A program made the translations under genes and the position numbers. The notes beneath the pieces were generated by a model. The model was given only the letters and a program-made list of their open reading frames with translations. It was not told the origin of the DNA and did no database searches. Source: Solirubrobacteraceae bacterium (GTDB taxonomy: Bacteria; Actinomycetota; Thermoleophilia; Solirubrobacterales; Solirubrobacteraceae). From it: a stretch of 54,417 nucleotides of DNA. This document shows positions 1 to 7,533 of this stretch, piece by piece (position 1 is the first letter of the stretch; each line of letters opens with the position of its first letter). Location of the stretch: the NCBI GenBank assembly GCA_035563115.1, contig DATMVO010000425.1, positions 1 through 54,417 on the forward strand. Reading direction: 5' to 3'.

Positions 1-120
1 TGGCCCAACCACCAAACCAGAGACCGCGCCCTGTCATCGTTTCTGCGCTACTACAACCGCCGCAGACCCCACACCAGCCTCGGCGACCGGCCACCCATCA
101 GCCGCGTTCACCAACTCTGA
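1..120 (+). mobile_element. 3' end of an IS481/IS3-style (rve, DDE) transposase gene, cut by the window edge
   Basis: Frame +1 reads WPNHQTRDRALSSFLRYYNRRRPHTSLGDRPPISRVHQL* (stop 118-120). The YNxxRPHxxLGxxPP tail is the conserved C-terminus of rve-domain transposases. Confidence 0.6.
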
Positions 121-384
121 AGGCAGGACAGCTAGCGGCGGAAGACGCTCGTTACGTCGCTCGCTCCCGTACGGGCCGGCGAAGTCCGCGAGCACGGGGA
201 CCTCACCCCCTCTGCGATAGGGCGGGAGCACGTCGGCCGACGGGTAGCCGTTCAGTTCGCGCTCCACCCACTCGCGTAGCTCGTTGTGGTCCAACCGTGC
301 TGCGAGCAGCATCGTCTTCCGCAGGACGGTCGCGAGCGGCGTGTCAGATGTCGCGTCAGCTTGGATGTCGCGCAGCAGCGGCAA
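34..384 (-). pseudogene. AbiTii-like abortive-infection protein, N-terminal part only (probably truncated by the IS)
   Basis: MPLLRDIQADATSDTPLATVLRKTMLLAARLDHNELREWVERELNGYP fits the N-terminal AbiTii pattern. The ORF then runs antisense into the transposase tail (34-120), so its distal codons are unlikely to be native. Confidence 0.4.
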
Positions 385-449
385 GGGACCGCAAGGGTTA
401 CAGCGCGCCCGGCGGAACAGGCGAACAGGAGTTCCCCCGCCGAGCCCGG

Positions 450-845
450 CTACGCGCTGCCGATCCCGCCGGTCGAGTAGATCCTGACCGTCGCCGTCGG
501 CTGCAACTCAATCCGGTGAAGCCACCGGTGAACGACATTCCGCACGTAGGCCTCCTGGGATCCCTCCCACTTCGCGTGCCCGGCGCGGTTGACGACAGCC
601 ACCGTCGACTTGAAGTGGGCGAGCTCGGCGGCATGCGCCTTCGGCATCTTGTTGTCCCAGGTCACGAGGACGCAGGGCTCGAAGTCGGTCGCCAGCGCCT
701 TGAGGACGGCGCCGTCCTTGAGGTCCTCGAGCTCCTCGAGGTAGAGCGCGGTCGCGTCCACCCGCCCGCGCTTTCGCAACTCGTGCGCGAGCTTCCAGTT
801 GATGCCCTGGTCGAGAACGACCCTGCGACGCTCAGGCGGCGGCAA
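450..845 (-). CDS. PIN-like (DUF5615/Mut7-C type) putative toxin
   Basis: 131-aa ORF. VVLDQGINWKLAHELRKRGRVDA...DGAVLKALATDFEPCVLVTWDNKM follows the DUF5615 PIN-like pattern. Its start overlaps the stop of the upstream DUF433 gene by 14 nt. Confidence 0.5.
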   Translation of the reverse strand: MPPPERRRVVLDQGINWKLAHELRKRGRVDATALYLEELEDLKDGAVLKALATDFEPCVLVTWDNKMPKAHAAELAHFKSTVAVVNRAGHAKWEGSQEAYVRNVVHRWLHRIELQPTATVRIYSTGGIGSA

Positions 846-1473
846 CGGCAGCGACGTCCTGCTCGTACGCCACGGCGTCGTCGATCTCTGCCTCGGAGAG
901 GCCGTAGTCCTCTCTGAGCACCTCGCGACCGCCCGGCTCAGCGGCCATCGACGCGACGAACGCCGTCGTGATGCGCCGGCCGCGGATCACGGGCGCGCCG
1001 GACTGACGGTCCGGATCGACCTCGACGTGGTCACGCGGATGCTCGATCGAGACCCATCCGCCGCGTCCCAACGCCTCCCGAATGACTCGGAGGTTGAGCA
1101 GCGTGCCCCCGAGCAGCTCGTGCCCAGGCTGATCGACCGAGACGTAGACCTTCCGCGTCGGGTCCCAGACGACGACGAGCTTGCCGTCGTGCGAGAGCGG
1201 CGCCGTCGCGAGCGGCCAATCCCCGTAGGTCTCGCGCAGCAGGTGCACGATCGCCTTGATGTCGCGCGGCTTCTTGCCCTCGCGCACCAGGTAGTGCGCC
1301 AGGATCGCCTCGCCCGCGTCGGCGTAGGAGTAGACGTTCGGGCGGCGCGAGACACTCGGCAGGATGATCTCCTCGCGCGCCCACCGTCCGATGCGCTGCG
1401 GCGAGACGCCAGCGAGCCGCGCAACCTCGTTCGCGGTGTAGTACCCGATCGCGGTAGGGCTCGCCGAGGACAC
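832..1473 (-). CDS. MerR-like HTH + DUF433 domain protein (putative antitoxin)
   Basis: N-terminus YYTANEVARLAGVSPQRIGRWARE is a MerR/excisionase-type HTH. C-terminus DPDRQSGAPVIRGRRITTAFVASM...DYGLSEAEIDDAVAYE is the DUF433 signature. Confidence 0.6.
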   Translation of the reverse strand: MSSASPTAIGYYTANEVARLAGVSPQRIGRWAREEIILPSVSRRPNVYSYADAGEAILAHYLVREGKKPRDIKAIVHLLRETYGDWPLATAPLSHDGKLVVVWDPTRKVYVSVDQPGHELLGGTLLNLRVIREALGRGGWVSIEHPRDHVEVDPDRQSGAPVIRGRRITTAFVASMAAEPGGREVLREDYGLSEAEIDDAVAYEQDVAAVAAA

Positions 1474-1539
1474 GTCCGGAGGTTACCCCGTCACCCCGCT
1501 GTCTCCTTCCTCGCACGCAGGCGATCTCCCGCGGCCGTC

Positions 1540-1806
1540 TCAGGCGGAGCGGCGCCGCGGCTGAGGGTCGACGTCCCAATCGCCGCCGCGGATCTGCTCT
1601 GCTCGCTCCACCAGCTCCACCGGCGAGACGTCGAGCGCCCCGGCGAGACGGATCAGCGAGCCCCACGCGGGATTGGACCGGCCAGATTCCATCTGGGAGA
1701 GCCAACTGCGGGCGACGTCGGCACGATCGGTCACCTCAGCCTGCGAGAGCCCGCGCTCGAGGCGCAGCGTGCGCAGCGCGAGGCCCATCGCCTCCTGCGG
1801 CTCCAT
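1540..1806 (-). CDS. XRE-family HTH regulator (copy 1 of a tandem pair)
   Basis: MEPQEAMGLALRTLRLERGLSQAEVTDRADVARSWLSQMESGRSNPAWGSLIRLAGALDVSPVELV is a classic HTH_3 pattern. I chose the start at the MEPQ Met shared with the paralog. Confidence 0.7.
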   Translation of the reverse strand: MEPQEAMGLALRTLRLERGLSQAEVTDRADVARSWLSQMESGRSNPAWGSLIRLAGALDVSPVELVERAEQIRGGDWDVDPQPRRRSA

Positions 1807-1854
1807 CCGGCGTCCCATGGAGCGGACGCTCTCGGACCTCGGTCTCTGACCGTT

Positions 1855-2124
1855 CTAACTGACAGGTCCGCGACGCGTTCGCGTTTCGAACCTCAGCTCA
1901 CCCGACGCGATCCGCTCGGCGCGGTCGACCAGCTCGACCGGCGACACGCCGAGCGCCGCCGCGAGCCGGACCAGCGAGCCCCACGCCGGGTTCCCGCCCC
2001 CACCCTCCATCTGCGAGAGCCAGCTCCGCGCGATGTCGGCCCGTTGGGCGACCTCAGCCTGAGACAGGCCCCGGTCGAGGCGGAGCGAGCGCAGCGCGAG
2101 ACCCATCGCTTCCTGAGGCTCCAT
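1855..2124 (-). CDS. XRE-family HTH regulator (copy 2 of a tandem pair)
   Basis: MEPQEAMGLALRSLRLDRGLSQAEVAQRADIARSWLSQMEGGGGNPAWGSLVRLAAALGVSPVELV is near-identical to copy 1 over about 65 residues. Confidence 0.7.
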   Translation of the reverse strand: MEPQEAMGLALRSLRLDRGLSQAEVAQRADIARSWLSQMEGGGGNPAWGSLVRLAAALGVSPVELVDRAERIASGELRFETRTRRGPVS

Positions 2125-2191
2125 GCGGCGCGCCACCAGCGGCACGCTGGTGGACCGCACGTCTTGACCGATCTAACTAACATCATGGCGC

Positions 2192-2770
2192 GTGGCGACC
2201 GCCGACGAGGAGCGCACCCCTGAGCAGACCGCTCGGCGAAGCAGGGGTTCCCGGCCTCCCGCGTCGCGCGTCGCGGCTACGACCCCGGTCGCTCGCGTCT
2301 CCCCGCCTCCGGACGCGGTCGAGCCCCGCGCGCTGGCGCATGAGATGCGCGGGCTGATCCTGGACACGTTCGGCGGCCGCACGATGAGTGCGGTGCAGTT
2401 GGCGGACGAGCTCGGCCGGCCGCTGGGGACGATCGCCTACCACGTGCGCGCGCTCCTTCGCGCCGGCGTCGTTCAGCACGGATGCCCGAGCGACGGCGCC
2501 ACAAGCACGAGCGAAGAGAACGCTCTGGCAGCCACCGCGCTCGGACACGTCGTCCGCGAGACGCGGCAGGCACACGGCTGGTCTCAGGAGGACCTCGGCG
2601 CACGCGCCGGCTTCCACTGGTCCTACGTCAGCTCGATCGAGCGCGGCCGGCGCAACGTCGGCCTCTCGACGCTCCTGCGGCTTGCCACCGCGCTCGAGAT
2701 CCCCGCCGCTGACCTCGCTGGACGCGCCGAGCGCGCCCTCCGCGTCTCGAAGGAGCCCCGTCACGAATGA
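2192..2770 (+). CDS. Two-HTH regulator: ArsR-like winged helix + XRE HTH
   Basis: The middle segment ILDTFGGRTMSAVQLADELGRPLGTIAYHVRALLRAGVV is ArsR-like. The C-terminal LGHVVRETRQAHGWSQEDLGARAGFHWSYVSSIERGRRNVGLSTLLRLATALEI is XRE-like. It is divergent from the XRE pair. Confidence 0.6.
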   Translation: MATADEERTPEQTARRSRGSRPPASRVAATTPVARVSPPPDAVEPRALAHEMRGLILDTFGGRTMSAVQLADELGRPLGTIAYHVRALLRAGVVQHGCPSDGATSTSEENALAATALGHVVRETRQAHGWSQEDLGARAGFHWSYVSSIERGRRNVGLSTLLRLATALEIPAADLAGRAERALRVSKEPRHE

Positions 2771-3144
2771 GCACCTCCCCTGCTGCCGATCCCGCGCCAT
2801 GTCCGTGTGGAAGCGGCCAGACGTACACGTCCTGCTGCCTGGCGGAGTGGTCGCGGAGCTTCCTCGAGCGGATCACCCGGGAACCGCGGTTCGCCGGACC
2901 GCAGAAGCTCGTCGACGGCGTGGAGGTGGAGACGCCGGACGGCTGGCGATCGCTGGTCGACGTCGACCGCGGCACGCTCGGCCCGGACACGCTGATGCGC
3001 GTCAAGATGTCGCCGCTCGGTCAGGAGCTGGCTCGCCGGTTGGACGAGGCGGGGCTGTACGCAACCCCGCGACCGCATCCGAGCCGCCGGAAGCCGCCGC
3101 CTCCGCCGCCACGCAAGGCGCGGCCGCGTCGGAGGCGCCGGTGA
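2767..3144 (+). CDS. SEC-C motif (CPCGSGxxYxxCC) metal-binding protein, function unknown
   Basis: The N-terminus PCPCGSGQTYTSCC is the SEC-C zinc motif. The ATG overlaps the upstream stop (ATGA, 2767-2770). The C-terminal tail is Pro/Arg-rich. Confidence 0.5.
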   Translation: MSTSPAADPAPCPCGSGQTYTSCCLAEWSRSFLERITREPRFAGPQKLVDGVEVETPDGWRSLVDVDRGTLGPDTLMRVKMSPLGQELARRLDEAGLYATPRPHPSRRKPPPPPPRKARPRRRRR

Positions 3145-3482
3145 GGCTCGCGTTCTTCGCGGTCGCCGGCGGAGCGTTCGCGTGCCTCGTGTGGTTGGGC
3201 GGCGGCGTGCTGATGTCCGCTTTGGCGGCGCTGGGAACCGGCGGGCTCGTGGTGGTCTCGGCCATCTCCGCGATGCACCTCGGGCGACGGCGCGGCGGCG
3301 TGACCGCCGCTCTCGGCGCATCGGTCGGTCCACTCGTGGCGCTGACGGCACCCCAGGTCACCGGTGAACTGGCGCTCGCGCTGAGCGTCAGCTCCGTGTA
3401 CCTCGCGCTGTACCTGCGTGCGGAGGTCTCACGTGCGCGAACGACCGCTGGACCGAGGGGCTGGATCCGCGCTCGGTTCTAG
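3141..3482 (+). CDS. Small polytopic membrane protein
   Basis: A GTG at 3141 overlaps the SEC-C gene stop (GTGA). It encodes VRLAFFAVAGGAFACLVWLGGGVLMSALAALGTGGLVVVSAISAM...LALALSVSSVYLALYL, about 3-4 hydrophobic spans. This is the only plausible part of the long 2388..3482 ORF. Confidence 0.45.
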   Translation: MRLAFFAVAGGAFACLVWLGGGVLMSALAALGTGGLVVVSAISAMHLGRRRGGVTAALGASVGPLVALTAPQVTGELALALSVSSVYLALYLRAEVSRARTTAGPRGWIRARF

Positions 3483-3589
3483 CGCGCCTCCGCTGACGCC
3501 AAACCCGTCGGGGGGAGGACTGCAACCGCCAACGACAAGAGGGATGACACCCACGACCGAGGCCCGAGAGCCAGGCCAGGAGCATCCCC

Positions 3590-5341
3590 ATGCAGCATGA
3601 CTTCACAAGCGGACAGCGGGCCGAGCCGACGTTGGCGACCGGCGCGCTACGGCTGTTCGACGAGGAGCCACCGAGCTTCGGCGAGGATCCGCCACGCGAG
3701 GAATCGCCCACCGCCGCCGTAGCCGAAGCCGAACGGATCGTACGATCCCGAGCGGCGACCCGTGCCGTGCGCGCCGATGTCCTTCGACAGATCGCACGCC
3801 CGTGGGCGCCCGCGACGCCGTCCCCCGATCTGCCGCGCCTGCCGAGCTCGGTCGAACTCGCACTCGGCACTACCCAGGACCCGTACGCGCGAGTGCTGTT
3901 GAAGCTCGACAGCTCCCCGCGTGTGTTCGGGCAGGCGACGGCCGACGCGGTGCCGCCGTTCGATGAGCCGGTGAACGACGGAGCCGTCCCCGCTGCGCTC
4001 ATGGTCCAGGCGCGGCTCGCGAACATCGACCTCGTCCGTACGCTCGGCGGTCTTCCGGCGGCCACCTTCCGCCGGGGGACGCAGCGGCTCGACGGAGCGA
4101 GGAAGCGTGCGACCGGCGGGCTGCCCTCGCGCGTCACCGAGACGATGCTGCGGATCGCGACGGTGCTCGAGCGCGGCGGAGCGCAGCCGATGGACGTCCT
4201 GGTCCGCTTCGCGACGCGCGGGAAGCCACCGACCACGCGTCACGCGGTCGCCACGATGCAGGCGTACGGCCTGGTCGAGTCGCTCCAGATCCGCGACACC
4301 CTGCGAGGCACGTTCGGCCGCCCGATCATGGTCCACCAGCTCACGGCCAAGGGCTTCAAGCACCTCGTCCAGGATCGGCTGCGCACGAGGCGGTGGTCCT
4401 ACACGCCCCGTCCGTCGTTGAACGCCCCGCAGCTCCGCGTGCTCGGGCACCACGTCGGCGCGGTCTCGTGGACGGTCGAGCTCCTCGACGCCGTCGGACC
4501 GCTGGCCGAGCCGTGGTTTACGCCGGCGTGGGCCGACGGTCACCTCGACGTGCCGACCATCCGGGTCAACGGCGCCCGCGGCCGGATGACGCCAGACACC
4601 GCGCCGCGGACGGACGGCCTGAACGCGACGACGACGATCGCCAGCGTCACGGAGTTCAAGCCCGACGTCCTGGTGTGGGTCGACGCCGCCTTCGCCGACG
4701 GCACGCCTGGACGCCTCCCACTCATGGTCGAGTACGACCGCGTCGCGGAGCTGCCGTACAACCTCCGGAAGATCCTGAACTGGGAGGCGTGGCGGATCGC
4801 GATCATGCGCCACCACCCCCTCTTCACCGGCCTCGGCGACCACCTCGGTGCGCTCGCGGTCGTCGTGCAGGACCGCGCGTTCCTGCTCCGCCTCATGCAG
4901 GCGCTCGACCAGGGGCACACGACCGCGACCGGCGAGCACTTCCCTCCGCTCCGCGGGAACGTCAGCCCGACTGGGACGCCGGTCGCGTACTACGCCGGGC
5001 GCGAGAACCTCTACTTCATCCTTGAGGAGGACCTTCATCGGGGGAGCGTCCGCGCGTTCCAGATCCCGCCCATGCCACCGAAGGAGCGCGGGCGCGTCGG
5101 CCAACCGACCGACTTCCGCTTCCACCGCACCACGCTGTTGCGCGGGCTCGACACCGACCTCCGCGGTACCCAGGGCCGCGACTACACGGGGCTCCCGCGA
5201 ATGCCGAATGCCGAATGCCGAACGATGAGCCTCGCCTCACCCTCGAGATCTCCGCAGGAGGTGCCGTATCTTCACAAGTGGGGCCTCCGCTCCGCTCGAT
5301 CGACGCGCGGAGCGCCGAGGGAGAACGCAGTACTCGTCTGA
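3590..5341 (+). CDS. Replication-relaxation-like protein (wHTH + PD-(D/E)xK-like core), large variant
   Basis: TRHAVATMQAYGLVESL...MVHQLTAKGFKHL (wHTH) is followed by LGHHVGAVSWTVEL...FKPDVLVWVD...LPLMVEYDRVAELPYNLRKILNWEAW. This matches the H...PD...E.D...K..Y layout of the Replic_Relax family. Codon bias is good over 583 aa. Confidence 0.5.
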   Translation: MQHDFTSGQRAEPTLATGALRLFDEEPPSFGEDPPREESPTAAVAEAERIVRSRAATRAVRADVLRQIARPWAPATPSPDLPRLPSSVELALGTTQDPYARVLLKLDSSPRVFGQATADAVPPFDEPVNDGAVPAALMVQARLANIDLVRTLGGLPAATFRRGTQRLDGARKRATGGLPSRVTETMLRIATVLERGGAQPMDVLVRFATRGKPPTTRHAVATMQAYGLVESLQIRDTLRGTFGRPIMVHQLTAKGFKHLVQDRLRTRRWSYTPRPSLNAPQLRVLGHHVGAVSWTVELLDAVGPLAEPWFTPAWADGHLDVPTIRVNGARGRMTPDTAPRTDGLNATTTIASVTEFKPDVLVWVDAAFADGTPGRLPLMVEYDRVAELPYNLRKILNWEAWRIAIMRHHPLFTGLGDHLGALAVVVQDRAFLLRLMQALDQGHTTATGEHFPPLRGNVSPTGTPVAYYAGRENLYFILEEDLHRGSVRAFQIPPMPPKERGRVGQPTDFRFHRTTLLRGLDTDLRGTQGRDYTGLPRMPNAECRTMSLASPSRSPQEVPYLHKWGLRSARSTRGAPRENAVLV

Positions 5342-5620
5342 GGATCGGCGCCCGATCGGCCGTGTAGCGAGCGACGACCCTTCTGTCGGTAAAGCCGACC
5401 CTTCTTGCCTGGAGAATGGGTTCCTCGGACCGCCCATGCACGTGAAGTACACCCGGTCTGCGCGCATTGCCGCCCGGCTTGTGCTGTGTCGTGGTGCTGG
5501 CATGCGATATGCCAGGCAACCCTTGTTCCGAACAGCCGCAGATGCGCGATCAATTCGACGCGAACGGGTAGCGTGCGCGGCCGGCTTGGCGCGTCCCCTC
5601 GGCTGTGAAAGGCTGGGCCG

Positions 5621-6634
5621 ATGAGCCTGCCGATCGTCGTCATGGACGAAGCCGGGCACACCGGCGAGAACCTCCTCGACGCCACGCAGCCGGTGTACGC
5701 CCTAGCGGGCCTGCGGATAGAGCCTTCATTAGCCGAGACGGCCGTGAGAGCAGCGCTGAGCCGCACGCAGAAGACGACCAAGGAACTGAAGTTCAGCTCG
5801 CTGAGGAAGAGCAACGTCGGCCGCAAGAACATGCTGGCGCTGCTCGAGGAGATCGACTTGAAGTCTCTCGACGCCGCCGCAGCGGTCTTCCACAAGCCGT
5901 GGATGGTCGCGGCGAAGATGATCGACGAGTTGGTCGACCCGCGCATGCTCGCGAAAGGTATTCAAGGCGCCTGGTACGCCGGTGGTGCGGCGAAGAACAT
6001 GACCGACGCCTTCTACAGGTTCGCACCGCGGGCGCTCGGTTCCCTCTACGACGACCTGGCGTGTGCGTTCATGATGATGGTTCGTGACTACACGCCGGAG
6101 GCGGGCGCGGCTTTCCTCAGTGCCTTGCAACGGTGCAAGATCGCCTGTCGCGACGGGCAGGTACACGAACTGCTCTCCGTGATGATCGATACCCAGACCG
6201 AGCTCGATGCAGAGTTCGCCGGACGCGAGGATGCGCTCGACCCTGCCCTCCCAGCGCTGTTCTGGCAGGGGTCGCACTGGTCCGAACGGCTAAGCGAACG
6301 ATTCGAGATCCTCCACGACTCAACACTCGTCCGGCGGTGGCAGGAAACCGTCTTCGGCGAGATCCAGGCGAACATGGCTCACCGGACGGAACCGGAGTCC
6401 TACGCGGTAGGCGAAATCACCATCGGGCTGCCGACTCTCCTCAACGAGATCCGCTTCGAGACATCACACAATGACCCAAGGGTGCAGGTAGCAGACATCA
6501 TCGCCGGTGCAGCTGCGCACGTGTACTCCGTCTCAAGTGAGAGCCGCCGAGACGAAGGCGACTTCGCGAAGCGCCTTGCCCGGGCGGGCGTCGGAGCTCT
6601 GCTGGAACATGTGGTCGGGCCCCCGATTGCCTGA
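5621..6634 (+). CDS. DUF3800 domain protein
   Basis: The N-terminus PIVVMDEAGHTGENL resembles the DUF3800 'ID.ESGn.g' start, and the C-terminal HNDPRVQVADIIAGAAAH resembles the conserved 'lQlADllag' end. G+C is lower than the surroundings (about 57% in two hand-counted 60-nt lines). Confidence 0.55.
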   Translation: MSLPIVVMDEAGHTGENLLDATQPVYALAGLRIEPSLAETAVRAALSRTQKTTKELKFSSLRKSNVGRKNMLALLEEIDLKSLDAAAAVFHKPWMVAAKMIDELVDPRMLAKGIQGAWYAGGAAKNMTDAFYRFAPRALGSLYDDLACAFMMMVRDYTPEAGAAFLSALQRCKIACRDGQVHELLSVMIDTQTELDAEFAGREDALDPALPALFWQGSHWSERLSERFEILHDSTLVRRWQETVFGEIQANMAHRTEPESYAVGEITIGLPTLLNEIRFETSHNDPRVQVADIIAGAAAHVYSVSSESRRDEGDFAKRLARAGVGALLEHVVGPPIA

Positions 6635-6636
6635 CG

Positions 6637-7533
6637 TCAGCGCGGCTTGAGCTGCGTTTCCGACGTGAGCCTCGCGAGGGCCGCCGGATAGAGCGACGCC
6701 GGATGGTGGCCGGCGAGCGTCACGAAGCGCAGCACCCCGTAGTTCGCCAATCTCGCAGCCGCACTGAGCGAGCGAGTGATTCCCGCCGGATCCGGCTGCA
6801 TCGCGGCGCGGAAGTAGCCAGGCTCGTACTCCGTACCGACCGTCGTCCGATAGCCGACGTGCTGGAACCAGTTCTTGCCGTGCGCGGCAGCGCTCATGCC
6901 GCGCCAGAGCACTTCAATCTCCGCGGGCTCCAGGTCGACGGCTTCAGCGCACTCGCGGACCATCATCGAGTACTTGGGCTCGCCCTTCTTGATCGCGCGT
7001 ACGGCCTCGGCATCCCCGACGCGTTGCTCGACCAGCGCCATCCGCTCACGTACTGCGGGCGCACGCTCATCACTCGCCGCCTCGAAGGCGAGCGCCATCT
7101 GGCGCAGGTCGTGGTACAGCAACCGCAGATGCCGATCAACACGCTCCGCTGACGTCGGCTGACCGAGCGTCCAGACCGCCTGCGCTGCAGCTTCAAGTCC
7201 GCCACGCGCCAACGTGTAATACGGCCGCGGCGGGTTGCGCACTTCCATGCCTTCGAACACCGTCTGCGGCGCGACGATGTTCGCCCAGACGATGAGGTGG
7301 TCCAGAGCCGCGACCAGGGTGGACCTCATCCAGGCTGAGCACTTCTCCCATGGGTATGCGTCGTCGTCGGCCGCCAGTGGTGTCCCCGGCCGCGGATCGC
7401 GGACTTCCGCGAGGACGTAAGAGGCAACCCTCGCGGTGTGCGCGGCCGTGACCCAGCGAGTGATCTCCTCATCCCCCACACGCTCCAGTTCCTCACTCGC
7501 GGCGGGGGTTCCCTGCTCCGAATCGTCCGTCAC
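6637..7533 (-). CDS. Hypothetical 298-aa protein translationally coupled to drmC (sixth gene of the DISARM operon)
   Basis: A GTG at 7533-7531 overlaps the drmC stop at 7532-7530 (GTGA). The ORF has good codon bias and is predicted largely helical by eye. I recognised no family. It contains RGMSAAAH, a weak R-x6-H HEPN-like match. Confidence 0.65.
   Translation of the reverse strand: MTDDSEQGTPAASEELERVGDEEITRWVTAAHTARVASYVLAEVRDPRPGTPLAADDDAYPWEKCSAWMRSTLVAALDHLIVWANIVAPQTVFEGMEVRNPPRPYYTLARGGLEAAAQAVWTLGQPTSAERVDRHLRLLYHDLRQMALAFEAASDERAPAVRERMALVEQRVGDAEAVRAIKKGEPKYSMMVRECAEAVDLEPAEIEVLWRGMSAAAHGKNWFQHVGYRTTVGTEYEPGYFRAAMQPDPAGITRSLSAAARLANYGVLRFVTLAGHHPASLYPAALARLTSETQLKPR

Noticed and set aside
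2388-3140. N-terminal 250 codons of the long plus-strand ORF 2388..3482
   Set aside because: They overlap two better-supported genes in other frames and translate to Arg/Ser/Ala-rich filler. Only the 3141-3482 portion is kept.
3647-5125. 492-aa minus-strand ORF
   Set aside because: It is antisense to the 583-aa plus-strand gene. Its Arg/Pro/Gly-rich low-complexity translation is typical of shadow ORFs in high-GC DNA.
5198-5222. CGAATGC heptamer repeated 3.5 times near the 3' end of the 583-aa gene
   Set aside because: A unit length that is not a multiple of 3 could shift the frame on slippage. Three copies are too few, and the site is too close to the stop codon, to argue for phase variation.
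5343-5357. GATCGG-cgc-CCGATC hairpin just after the 583-aa gene stop
   Set aside because: A 6-bp stem with a 3-nt loop and no U-tract is too weak to call a terminator.
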